Source: Asterias rubens (Eukaryota). From it: a stretch of DNA of 64,000 nucleotides. Shown piece by piece: positions 22,596-34,625 of this stretch. The DNA lies in assembly GCF_902459465.1 (NCBI RefSeq), contig NC_047066.1, positions 18,414,001 through 18,478,000 on the forward strand, read 5' to 3'. Position numbers and translations under genes: made by a program. Numbering within the stretch: position 1 is the first letter of the stretch; each line of letters opens with the position of its first letter. The notes beneath the pieces were generated by a model. It made no database searches. It was not told the DNA's origin and was given only the letters and a program-made list of their open reading frames with translations.

Positions 22596-25500
22596 CTGTA
22601 ATGGAACAAAACAAATAAATAAAGGCTTATTAAAAATTAGCCGACATTTAAACATTTGTTTATAGATATAAATGTTGCACACAACAAAACATATTTCCAT
22701 CAAATACAATTTAAATACGCATAACAACAAAAAGTTTAAAATTACCTTTGCAACCAATGAGTTCCATGCGCATTGATATCCAACCATGAAATGTAATTGG
22801 TTTTATGCGAATATATCGTGCTTGGATCGGCTGGTCAAACATGCTGGTCACTGCCGTGTTTTGGTCTGTATTGCCAGGGAAAGTCTGAAACAGAAGAAAC
22901 AACAAACAATACATCGACTGTATTATAGAGGTGCAAACTTTGACAATTTGAATAATCTGTTTAGAATATATACATGCCTATAGAAAAGGGTGTTCCCGTA
23001 CCTTGTGTACGCCCGAAGATGTCTGAAGGACATAATGCCATGATGAACCCTGTACGTCACTGTATTGCACCTGGTAAGATTCCACTCTTGCGGACCAAAC
23101 ATTCAAGGGGTCAGTTAATCCTTGTAAAATGACACCTTCGACTTGAAGCCGTTCTCCCAAGTCTACCTGAAACCATTCCAACCGGGGGACAAGCGTGGTT
23201 TTCGCACACCATCCGCCGACAACTCTGCCAATCCCCGGCTTGTTCAGACGCCCATTACTCGGCAAACAGTTACCGGGAGCGTCTTTGCGTACGTCTAGAT
23301 AACTACTAGACGCTGTGATTCTATCATCGGGTATACTGCCGTCTTCCATTCCAAGGGGTTGACCACAGACATTTTTCACTAATTGAGATAAAGGATATGG
23401 CTATTGTTAATGTTAATGCTCTTCTGTAGTAAACTCTAACATGCTTCAAAAAGTAACTCCTTTTAAAATTAACAACAAAGGGTTTGATATTGGTGGTGCA
23501 CGAACAAGAAGTAAGCTAAATGACTTTGCAACTTACAGTCAATCTAATTTTCCAATAATAACATTTGTAATGTGATGAAAAGACGGTTTGCATGTTACTT
23601 TCATTCGTTTAAGTTGAATTTTTTTTAATGAAAGTTTGACTTTTTTTTGACACCCAAGAGGCAGCTCTGATCGAGCGTGGGTCGTATCTACCAAGTCCAT
23701 ACAAGTCAATAGGTTTCTAACCATGTGGGGGTGATCCAGAATCCCCAACACTTAGCATGTACTCGTCCCCTATTACTCTAAACGGTGACTTCATCAGAGA
23801 GCCCTCCACTCCGAGCTCGTTTACGAGGTCCACACGCACCGTCCATTGGACCCCTCCGTCCCCTGCAGTTAGACGGCGGAGTATTTCGTTGCCAAGCCAA
23901 AACTCGCCCGTCAGAGTCCCGAAGCCGTGTTTGTATTCATTCCAATTGAGATGAAAACTAACAGACCCATCGTAACGCCTCTGAAACACCTGCAATATCA
24001 TAAACAATTATCGTATTAGAATGAGGTAATTATTCTATTCTATTCAATTCAATTCAATTTAATTCAAATAAATTCAATTCAACTCAATTCAATTCAATAA
24101 ACACTTATTTCGGATTGCCCTCACATGATATACTAATCGGTGTTTCATAATATTAACAGTGACAGTTATATTGCATTGTTCTTTGTAATCAAGAAAATCA
24201 TTAAATCCACAAGTTTTGCCGTTCCAGTCATCAAGAACAATGCAAGCAAAAGAGAGCTATATTTGCCTCAAAAAATGAAACTTACAATCCAACCTCCGTT
24301 ATCAGATGTCATATCGCAGTAAACTTCCAAGCCGCTGGGATACTGCTGTGGGTGTATCTTGAACACACCACTCGTCGAGTAACCGCCATTCAAGACGTCC
24401 ATACAATCGGACAAATTATCATCTGAGTACGAAAAACAAATATATATTTCCCCTATGAATGAATGTAAGATATTAAATGCTAGCTATATTTTAGCCATTA
24501 TGTCGTGCACAATGTTATCTAAGTTGGCTTGTCCGACTGTAAATAATTTGAATCTATTTCATAACATTCAGTTAGGAAGGTTTGAGTTGAAGGGATTTCA
24601 CATTAATCCGATCCATCCAAATGGAACTCATAAGATATAGGCCTATACTAATAAATAACGAACTTTTAAAACAATAATATCCTGAACTTGTACTTCAATT
24701 CCAAGTTTGTTTGAATGTCATTCCTCACTATATTGTCACATTGGAATTATTTGCAAATTCTCACCATGACACTTGAAGTAATCATGTATGATCTCTGGGT
24801 CGTCCGTGAAGATGGGATGGTCCGTGTAATAGGGTCGAAACCCCCTCTTTGGAGTGACCATGGTCACGCCCCCTGGTCTGATCTCTGAGCATGCGCAGAG
24901 ATCCCGGTTCTCTAGAGGTAGAACCCATCGGAGACTGCCTCGCTGGTCTGGATCAGGTTCTTGGCTAAAAATGCAGACTTTTGCCGCGACTCCCGCATAC
25001 CATAAACTCACTTCAAATAAAACAAACCCATATATACACAACAAACTAAAACGGACGGCAAAAACACTGGGAGGGAAACAGCGAATAGGAAAATGGTTCT
25101 CTCCTCGCCTTCCCTGTCCTCAAAGCACAGTTATGTAAACGAATAATACAAATAATTTAAAAATAACAATATTACTAAACCCTGAAAATAATCAATACAA
25201 CAATGTATATTCTAAACCTTATCTTAACCTAACCCCTTTACATAACCTAAACACTTGTTTTTGCAGTGTATGTTTACCGGGGTAAATTAAACAATTAATT
25301 TTGTCTTTAAACCGTAAACCATATGTCTACACTATCCCTACATAAAGGACCTGACAACAATATGACGTCTTGCAGAAACAATGAAATCTAAGCCGATGCC
25401 TACTGATATGCAACATAACGACTGCATCACTAGAGTTTCGTTTGACTTATTTATAATCTTTGTTTTATGGGATTTAGTTGTTGCGTTGAATTGAATTGAA

Positions 25501-26069
25501 TCCAAAGAAAGGAGCCCCAATAGCAAAAGATGTGATATTTTTAATGCTGAAACAACCCATAACTTGTCGAGTATTTTTTTAATGGATATGCCCCAACCCC
25601 CGAACAAATGCCACCTATCCCTTAAATTGTGTTTTTATACATTTTAAAGGTTTAATCTGATAAAGAATCTTTATTTTAACCTCCATGTTTTAACTGACTG
25701 TGAGCATAAAACTGTTATAATATTGAGGTGTCTCAAGAGCGAAAGATAAGTTTATTTTAAAAGCTGAACAACCCAGAACAGGAAAAATGAAAATCAAAAT
25801 TTAAAGGTTTAGTTATTGTACTTAATAATGTTTATTTTAACTAATTGTGAGCATAAAACTTTGATATTTAGAACCGGGCGACAAACCTACCAGGCACTAT
25901 ATAATCATATCAAAAATAAGCCGCTAATTTTTGTGTCACACGTCTGGAAAATTTGTTTCATGGAAAGTTTAGACTTCGTCATTAAATTCAAAAAGAATTA
26001 AGAAAAATAAAATAAACTCTTACCGCCAGATAAAGTCACAATCAATGTCAAGAAATGTAAGCCAGGCAT
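22372..26069 (-). CDS. Copy 2: paralogous secreted FReD/discoidin chimeric protein, 478 aa: join(26069-26024,25010-24765,24422-24286,23989-23722,23378-23002,22884-22746,22595-22372)
   Basis: Same splice sites and phases as copy 1, 1437 nt intact. Counted 17 substitutions plus a one-codon insertion versus copy 1. The exon-4 donor is GTTAGA rather than GTAAGA. Confidence 0.9.
22746..23378 (-). CDS. Copy 2 exons 5-6, discoidin domain
   Basis: Same motifs as copy 1, but loop [15 protein letters not shown] and HGW. Confidence 0.92.
23722..24422 (-). CDS. Copy 2 exons 3-4, N-terminal FReD part
   Basis: [13 protein letters not shown]|VFQRRYDGS...GEFWLGN. Confidence 0.92.
24030..24100. repeat. (AATTC)n microsatellite, specific to copy-2 intron 3
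   Basis: Absent at the paralogous site in copy 1; a similar tract lies at about 49640-49690. Confidence 0.8.
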
Positions 26070-26309
26070 ATTGTTCTGTGGATCTTCTGACACTTCACTG
26101 ATGTCGCTGACTTGCAGGAGATAAATTCATCCAAATAACGAAAGGATGATGTGCAGTGCACACGAAGGAGAAATACATGCATACTGGGGCCACAACCCAT
26201 AGAGTGTGGGCGGGGCTATCATTATACAGTAAAGAAGAAAAAATTACCGCACGGTTGACTAAATGGGATTTTAGCATCAGCATTTTATTAGAAAACAAAT
26301 TCAGCGTAC

Positions 26310-26650
26310 TTAAAGGCAGTGGACACTATTGGTAATTCCTAAAAATAATTATTAGCATAACACCTTTCTTGAATACGAGTTATGGGGAGATAGTATAAAA
26401 CATTGTGAGAAACAGCTCCCTCTGAAGTGACATGGTTTTCGAGAAATAAGTAATTTTCAAGTCTCAAATCAAGCATCTGAAAGCACACAACTTCGTGCGA
26501 CAATGGTTTTTTTCTTTCATTAATATCTCTTAACTTCGACGACCGATTGAGCTCAAATTTTCACAGGTGTGTTATTTTGTGCATGTGTTGAGATACACCA
26601 ACTGTGAAGACTAGTCTTTGACAATTACCAATAGTTTCCAGTGTCTTTAA
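26310..26650. mobile_element. Kolobok/T2-like MITE, apparently a chimera of the 16121 and 17073 copies
   Basis: Left flank and body match the 16121 copy; right end and flank match the 17073 copy. Confidence 0.75.
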
Positions 26651-27199
26651 ACAGAGTAATATCTCTGTCTTCGTGATTGTTGGTGCTGTGTATCAGGTCA
26701 TCTTGGAATACAAAAGTTAGATTAGACCCTTGTAATAGACCTACTTTTGTTCAGCCATTATCATGATACGCTCTTCCCCACTCGCACGCTCATCAGGATT
26801 CCGTCAAACAGTGTAAGGCCTATAGATAATGAATTGTAAATATTATCTCTGTATTAGGTCGCCTATCACTGTCAAATACTTCCAATTGTTCCTAATAGTA
26901 AGATAATTGCCTTAACATTGACCTCTGCTCTGTGTGAACAATTACATCAAGTCATCTTATACAGAAGTTAGATTAGACCCATAATTTATTGGCCTACTTT
27001 TTGGTCAGCCGTTAATTTGTCACCTATAATTAATACACCCTTCCTGCTCGCACGCTCATTATAATATCTTGCATTACAATGTCAAATTTTGCTTACATGC
27101 CTATAATAATAAGATAATTGATTTAGCATTGACCTATTCAAGCTTGCTCGTGAAAGACGTTTGTTACGCACGATTGTGTCCGACGGTGACGATTAAGTC

Positions 27200-27786
27200 C
27201 GACATCATTTATGAACCATTGTGTCCGCCCCATTGTGTCCATAGAACCATTGTGTCCGACCCAATGTGTCCGTAGAATCATTGGGTCCGACCTATTGTGT
27301 CCTACAAACCATTATGTCCGTAGAACCATTGTGTCCGACCCATAGTGTCCGTAGAACCATTGTGTCCGACCCATTGCGTCCGTAGAATCATTGGGTCCGA
27401 CCTATTGTGTCCTACAAACCATTGTGTCCGACCCATTTTGTCCTACAAACCATTGTGTCCGACCCATAGTGTCCGTAGAACCATTGTGTCCGACCCAATG
27501 TGTCCGTAGAATCATTGGGTCCGACCTATTGTGTCCTACAAACCATTATGTCCGTAGAACCATTGTGTCCGACCCATAGTGTCCGTAGAACCATTGTGTC
27601 CGACCCATTGCGTCCGTAGAATCATTGGGTCCGACCTATTGTGTCCTACAAACCATTGTGTCCGACCCATTTTGTCCTACAAACCATTGTGTCCGACCCA
27701 TAGTGTCCGTAGAACCATTGTGTCCGACCCATAGTGTCCGTAGAACCATTGTGTCCGACCCATTGTGTCCGTAGAACCATTGTGTC
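27200..27786 (+). repeat. Minisatellite (cattgtgtcc-gacc / -tacaaac / -gtagaac), left arm
   Basis: Directly visible tandem subrepeats; source of spurious CP-rich ORFs. Confidence 0.9.
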
Positions 27787-29029
27787 AGGCCAGGACTCCA
27801 CTCAATTGTTATGCTAAGTAAACAACAGCTAACTACCAGTCACAAGCAAAGTATATGTCATGAAATTTTGTCCAGTAACATGTGTAAAATAAGCAAGCTA
27901 TTTCCGTGCTTAAGCAAATTTTGTGCTTAAGCAGCTCTATGAAATTTGGCCCTGATGAGAAGAAGGTATAGAAAATTGGCTGGGACTACTACTTTAGCCT
28001 ATATGATCGTTATTAACTATAGTAACACTGCCGTGGATTGGGTTCTTAAATTGGTCCCAGCGTTTAGACTAGCCTGATCTTGCCATCGTCAGGAGACTGT
28101 CGAGCATAACTCCAACCGGGGCATGTAGCCCCAGCGAAAGACTCTGCTAGGGTTAAAACTACAGACCTTTAACTTAAGATTAATTTTCGCTCAAGGTAAG
28201 ACGAATAGATAATAAGAGATAATTTGCCTAAAAGTGAGTTTGACTAATTTCAACAAGTCAAGCGTAACTCAAACAAGGACAATGCTGTCATCCTAATTAA
28301 TGTACAAATGCTTTCAGCGACTCTCAATTAATAAGGGAGGCTTTTGTTATTAGCAAATTACATATTGATGTAAAGAACATTTTTTAACCAATAGGAGGTA
28401 AACGTGAGTCTGGCTGGTTGCAACAAGCCAAGCGAAACTCAAACATGGATAATGCTTTCAACAAAGTTGTTTTCGCCAAAGTATGTCTGATGAAACATGT
28501 TTGACACACGTTGTTTTATATTAAGTCAACGCCGTTTTGATTTCTTTGAGATAAGTCAATGTTTATTCTGGGCCCCCAAACTTGACCAGTGTTTTGCTAA
28601 CACTAACAAAAACATGTGGCTTTGCTGAACATTAACCGAGTTGAATATGTTTATAAACAAATTTTGAATAATTAATGTTAATTGCTTAGAAAGCACTCTA
28701 TTTTCCCTAGATGATGCCGAGGGAGAACAGACCGCTCTGGGGATCGCCAAGGGACTCGTACTTTGAGCAACAGCACGAGTAAAATAAGTTTTTTTTTTTT
28801 TTAATTTACCTCCTTACGATACATTGCCAGACGTGGTACCGATAAAAAAGCTTTCGTTGCCACAGGTAAATATTACTGTGGGTATTTGGCATTAATTTGC
28901 CGCTACGGATTTATTTGGTCATGTCCTCGAGGCTTTGTATAAGTTCACAATGTTGAAATTACAATGTTGAAGTCATAACATTCAATTTGTGAAAGGTTTA
29001 GATGAATAATCTAATGGGAAAATAATATA

Positions 29030-29450
29030 ATAAAATAATATCGAAGTCTTATATAGCGCACGTATCTACCAAACAAGGTACTCAAGGCGCCTAGTATATA
29101 CAAACTGTCAGAAAGATAGGTTATTGCAGTGATGGATTCTGAGACCCAATGTAGCACTTATAAGGGTTTACAAGGTGCTAGGTGCTACGGCGCATGAAGC
29201 AGCCACAACCAGGAACACCGGGGCGAACCCCTTCTCCTTTCGATAAGTGCACTGGGTTATTTTACATGCGTTACACAACACATGGGACCAACGGCTTTAC
29301 GTCCCATCCGAAGGACGAAGCAATGGTAAAGTGTCTTGCTTAAGGACACAAGTGTCACGGCTGGGGATTCGAACCCACACTCTGCTGATCAGAAACACCA
29401 GAGTTTGAATTCGGTACTCTCAACCGCTCGGCCACGACACGACACTAGCC
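29030..29450 (-). mobile_element. Full-length SINE family A
   Basis: A box tggccgagcgg, B box gggttcgaatcc, conserved core, AT-rich tail. Confidence 0.8.
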
Positions 29451-29788
29451 GTGGCTAGATAGGGATAATCATAAGAACTTGGTTTGAAACAATTTAATGC
29501 AAGTTGTGGTATAATTTGGAATGGCAAGATGCTACAATTTTTTTTATAACATACACCAAATTGAAACTGAATTAAGCCCTTGCCACTCCACGTATACATC
29601 AAAAATTGCGACATAACAGCAGCTTTTGCAAAGCAGGTCACATTATGTGATAGGGAAACAAAAACAAAAACAGTTTCTTTTAGCCACATGTTTAAAAAAA
29701 TACTATTAGCAAAACACTGGTCAAGTCTTTTGGGGATTTTGGGGCCGATAAAAAAATATTGACTTATCTCAAAGAAATCCAATCGACG

Positions 29789-30241
29789 TTGACTAACTTA
29801 AAAAACAACGTGTGTCGAACATGTTTCATCAGACATAACCTGGCGAAATTCGGACACAACGAGGCGGACACATTGGTTTTATAGGACATAATGGGCGGAC
29901 ACAATGGTTTGTAGGACACAATGGGGCGGACATAATGGGTTGACTAACTTAAAAAACAACGTGTGTCGAACATGTTTCATCAGACATAACCTGGCGAAAT
30001 TCGGACACAACGAGGCGGACACATTGGTTTTATAGGACATAATGGGCGGACACAATGGTTTGTAGGACACAATGGGGCGGACATAATGGGTTGACTAACT
30101 TAAAAAACAACGTGTGTCGAACATGTTTCATCAGACATAACCTGGCGAAATTCGGACACAACGAGGCGGACACATTGGTTTTATAGGACATAATGGGCGG
30201 ACACAATGGTTTGTAGGACACAATGGGGCGGACATAATGGG
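29789..30241. repeat. 3 x 151-bp tandem repeat in the right arm
   Basis: ttgactaact recurs at 29789, 29940 and 30091. Confidence 0.9.
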
Positions 30242-31379
30242 TCGGACACAATAGGTCGGACACAATGGGTCGGACACAATGGTTCTACGGGCACATTGGG
30301 TCGGACGCAATGGTTTGTAGGACACAATGGGTCGGACACAATGGTTTGTAGGACACAATAGGTCGGACACAATGGTTTGCAGGACACAATGGGTCGGACA
30401 CAATGGTTTGTAGGACACAATAGGTCGGACACAATGGTTTGTAGGACACAATGGGTCGGACACAATGGTTTGTAGGACACAATAGGTCGGACACAATGGT
30501 TTGTAGGACACAATGGGTCAGACACAATGGTTTGTAGGACACAATGGGGCGGACACAATGGTTCTACGGACACAATGGGGCGGACACAATGGTTCAAAAA
30601 TGATGTCGGACTTAATCGTCACCGTCGGACACAATCGTGCGTAACAGACGTCGGATATGATTTAAGGACCTCTCGCACGAGAACGGGGATTAAATCATGG
30701 AGGAAGATTCTTCTAGTTTCTCAACTTCCAATACCTCGGGGAGCTAATAATCGTCTAGTCACCCGAAATAAATCATGTTATATTTGTTTTACTATACTTC
30801 ATACATATTCAGTTACCGCTGCACATAGGAGCAAGATCAAGAGGAAATGACGACTGAAATAAAATGCATTGTGGATAATTGTTTTCATGAACTTTTTAAA
30901 ATTTTAATTTCTGCACTTTGTGACACACAAACTGACTCTGCACTTTATGAGCACAACAACTGACTCTGATGAACACACAAACTGACTGATTCTGTTATGA
31001 TTCATTAATGAACACAATGAAGGATACATAATGGATCTAGCTCAGTCCATTATTGTTCACGTATTAATGTTTCAGCTGTTATAAAATGTTCCATGATCGT
31101 AAAGCGCATGACAAGTAGATGACGTCGCACAATGGTATTGCGCATTATAAGTAGAATAGTTCCCGGGGAGCTAATATACTTGGCACGCGCATTTACCACT
31201 TGCGTGAATACCCACGCGCGCGCTTGGTCATTAGCAAAATTAACACCTGGCACGTGATAGTGAATGGACCAATGAAAACTCGACTCACGGTCATGCATAT
31301 GTATGAGGTATGTAACACACATCAGTGTATATTGGGTTAAACCAAACGAATATTCTTTATCCCCATGCAAATTTAAACT

Positions 31380-31870
31380 AAGGGAATAAAAGGGTAGCGA
31401 CGATTTCTTACACGGCCTTTTAAAGTCGGCAGGGTCGAATTGCCGTGTGATAAAGGCCCGAGCCGAGCGCGAGGGCCTTTAGCGCGCGGCAACGACCCTG
31501 CAAGGTTTTAAACGGACGTTTAAGAACGATCCTCTATACTCTTTTATTCCCATTCATAAATGCCCTTTTGTTAAAAAAACGTTAAAAAAATACAATTACA
31601 GACACTTCGACAGTTGAAAACTTTGTGAAGAGTCTGTTTTGCGTGGGTTGCGTGTACGCGCGCGCGCTTAAAAATAGATTACGCGCGCGCGCTTAGAAGT
31701 AGATTACGCGCTGTTACTAATAGCTATGAATTGCGTTCCGCGTGATAATCTTGCACGCCTGACACGCGGACGCCAGCCGGTTATAAACACTGGTCATTAT
31801 CAACCGTTTAAACACCCCCACGTAGCGCGCTCTCCACCAATAGGAGGAGTAGAGAAACTGTCTGGGGTAT
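31380..31870. mobile_element. Interspersed repeat with internal inverted repeat (unclassified)
   Basis: Shares cgaccctgcaaggttttaaacgg and ggtcattatcaaccgtttaaacac...ccaccaatagg with about 11165-12095 and 22005-22310. Confidence 0.6.
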
Positions 31871-32413
31871 TGTTTATATCTATACTTGGACACATTTCCC
31901 CATTATTGGGGGGGGGGGTCGAAGACAGAATCTTCGATTGGACTGAATCTCCCTTCACATCTTTTCCTTTTTGACTAAAATATGTTTGCATTGGACTGCA
32001 GTGTCGATTGTGAAGACTTTACACATCACTCAGAAAAAGCAATAATTATTGACTTGACTTCTGATGATGGTTCGAGTGAGGACCAATCTACCATTAGCGC
32101 CAAAATATTCACGTCATTACGTGTTTATTTATTATACCTACATGCAAAATGACCGTGTACGTGCGTAGGTAGACTGGTAATTCATGGAGGCAAAAAGTGC
32201 GATTGGCTCCATGCCCCTGGTAATTGCATTGGTGCCCTTGAAATGCTCTATCAGTGGAATCTTACAACTTCCCCATAGAGTGCCCTTTACCAAGGAGAAA
32301 GTGCATTGGTGCCATTGCCCTTTTAAACAAGAAGAATACATGCAGGTTTGGTTACTATTGCCGTCATTTTAATTTCATTGTGCAAAGTTTCAGAACCTTA
32401 ATTTGTATTTTAC

Positions 32414-32804
32414 CGTGGCACTTGAAGTAATCATGTATGATCTCCTGGTTGTCTGTGAAGATTGGATAGACCTTTTCGCAAATACCGGGGCGCGCGCGTA
32501 AAGCTTGAAATTGATGCATTGTGGTCTAGCTGGTATCCAAATTTGATCCATATCTATCCCACAATGCACCTCATTCAACAGTCTGCGCTTGCGCATTGGT
32601 ATTTGCGATAAGGTCTATGATCCGTGTAGTATGGTTGAAACGCCCTCTTTGGGATGACCATGTTCATGCCCCCTGGCCTGATCTCTGAGCATGCGCAAAG
32701 ATGCCGGTTCTCTAGAGGTAGCACCCAGCGGAAACTACCCCGCTGGTCTGGATCAGGTTCTTGTCCAAAATAGCACAGCCTCCCCGAAACACACCACAGA
32801 ATTG
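32414..32804 (-). pseudogene. Orphan third-copy exon 2 (four-Cys domain) disrupted by a MITE
   Basis: 59/72 aa identical to the copy-1 domain, with a phase-1 acceptor (ttgaaag|CA) and donor (CAC G|gtaaa). A net 151-nt insertion between YTDH and PIFT shifts the frame. No downstream FReD or discoidin exons found. Confidence 0.8.
32468..32616. mobile_element. 149-bp MITE with AT TSD (ISL2EU/PHIS-like)
   Basis: 19-bp TIR agacctt(t/a)tcgcaaatacc; AT duplicated; the empty site is visible in exon 2 of copies 1 and 2. Confidence 0.8.
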
Positions 32805-32858
32805 CTTTCAAGGAAAAGAAATTTGCTGATAATAATTGAGTACATGGGTTGTCAACTC

Positions 32859-33228
32859 TTAAAGGAGTCGCCCTTTCAAGTCAATGGGCAGTGGAAACTT
32901 TTGGTAATTGTCAAAGACCGGTATTCTTGGTGTATCCCAACACTATGGTTCAAAAATAAGAAATCTGTGAAAATTTTGACTCAAATGGTCATCGCAGTTG
33001 CAAGAGAATACTGAATGGAAAAAGCCACACCCCTGTTGTACATAGTAAAAAGCTTCAGCTGAAGTACTTTTTAGTAATTGAGTAAGCAATAACCTCTTAA
33101 AAAAAAACAAGTTACTTCAGAGGGAGCCGTTTCTCATAATGTTTTATATTATCGACAGCCCTCCATTACTTGTAACACACCAAGTAGGTTTTTACTGAGT
33201 AATTACCAATAGTGTCCAGTGCCTTTAA
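32859..33228. mobile_element. Kolobok/T2-like MITE, diverged
   Basis: TTAA ends, family body. Confidence 0.65.
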
Positions 33229-33689
33229 AGACCGTCAATGGCATGAATCCGTCTGTAGAATAACCCTGAATGTTTTTGTTTCACCCTTGTTTTGTTTTAA
33301 CATCCCTTTATTATTCCATTACTAGAGATTAATTGTAGGCAAAGGCCACATCATTCGGCCGTTTCAATCTATTTATATTAAAATTTGTGTTTCTCAGCAA
33401 GACTCCAAAATCACCAAAGTGCCCTCGCTAGTTGAAGTTTGCCGGTGACCGTTTGCGTCTGTTCTACTTTGAAACACTTTAAAAAATAGGCTGTTTTCCC
33501 CGCTGTTAAATTTTGCCGTTTGCGACTGTTTTACTCTGCATGGCAACTTGAAAAACAATATTATCGACTTAGTAGTTAAATTTTGCATCATAGCATATAC
33601 CCGGCTGTGATTCGAACCCACGATCTTCCAATCTCGCTTCTCTTTTTGTGTGATAATACTGTTTTTATCTGGTGCTTAAAAGTTGTATA

Positions 33690-34095
33690 CCGTGAGTCTC
33701 AAAAAAAACACTTTACACTTTTGAAATGGCTGCCGAATAAAAAGTATATGACTATGGAGGAAAAGGTTTAGATTTATGGATAACTAATGGTCTTAACTTT
33801 CAAATGACGCAAAATAAGTCCGAAAATAATTCATGAATATGGGAGCACTGCTCATTTTTGTGATGGGTTGAAAATTAGGCTGCGCAGGAATTAGCCCTCC
33901 TGTGCAGCCTAATTTGTTACCCTTTACAAGAGTGAGAATTGCTCACCCATGCATGAATTATTTTCTGACTTTTTGGTGTCATATGAAAGTTGAGACCATA
34001 AGGTATCCATGCACCTAAACCTTTTCCCCCAGAATCATATATTTTTTATTCGGCAGGCATTTCAAAAGTGTATAATTTTTTTTTGAGACACCCGG
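33690..34095. mobile_element. Tc1/mariner-like MITE
   Basis: TA TSD; TIR of about 90 bp starting ccg(g/t)g(t/a)gtctcaaaaaaaa. Confidence 0.75.
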
Positions 34096-34204
34096 TATAC
34101 TCGTTTTTTTCCTCACAATAAATGACACAATAACTTGGTGGATCACGCTGAAATTGTTAACAGCGCAAACAAACTGTGAACGGGATGAGCAAGGTGGCAG
34201 AACT

Positions 34205-34241
34205 ATGAAATACCTGAAATTTATTATATGTTTTCTGTCTG
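34205..34241 (+). CDS. Candidate isolated signal-peptide exon MKYLKFIICFLS(G)
   Basis: ATG, hydrophobic codons and a G|gtaagt phase-1 donor; no partner exon found on the + strand. Confidence 0.25.
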
Positions 34242-34352
34242 GTAAGTCATAAACAATGATCATAAAGGAGTACAACGGTTGTCAGTGACTAAATCATTTT
34301 ATTATTATTATTTGGTTTTCGCAACATCATTTGTGCTTAGCCCTTAAACCAA

Positions 34353-34625
34353 TTAAAGGGAAGGTACACGTTTGGTAATTACTCAAAACAAATAGTAACT
34401 TAAAAACTGACTTGGTAACTATAGCATTGGAGAGCTGTTGATAGTATATAAAACATTGTGGGAAACAGATCCCTCTGAAGTAACACAGATTTTGAGAAAA
34501 AAGGTAATTTCTCACTAAAATAATAAAATACTTATAGCCAGAAGTCTTTTATTCATATTTCTGAAAGCACACGCAACTTCGATGACCAATTGAGCTCAAA
34601 TTTTCACAGGCTGGTTATTTTATGC
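34353..34625. mobile_element. Kolobok/T2-like MITE, truncated
   Basis: One TTAA-AGG end; inverted relative to the 32859 copy. Confidence 0.65.

Larger units (their letters stand above)
10558..27161. repeat. Tandem segmental duplication (about 10558-18010 versus 21452-27161)
   Basis: Collinear near-identity of exons, introns and flanks, interrupted by copy-specific insertions and deletions. Confidence 0.92.
27162..30646. mobile_element. 3.5-kb non-autonomous foldback element with satellite-containing TIRs
   Basis: Termini TGTTACGCACG...CGTGCGTAACA. About 75-bp near-perfect outer TIR, then inverted arrays of 14-19-bp cattgtgtcc subrepeats. No transposase ORF. Confidence 0.8.

Noticed and set aside
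29820-30140. CTGATGA (minus strand) in the 151-bp units as a hammerhead
   Set aside because: No stem II closed by GAAA and no NUH/stem I pairing.
27391-30597. Cys/Pro-rich repetitive ORFs (PLCPTNHCVRPIVS...)
   Set aside because: Translations of the foldback minisatellite arms, open in several frames, with no splice support.
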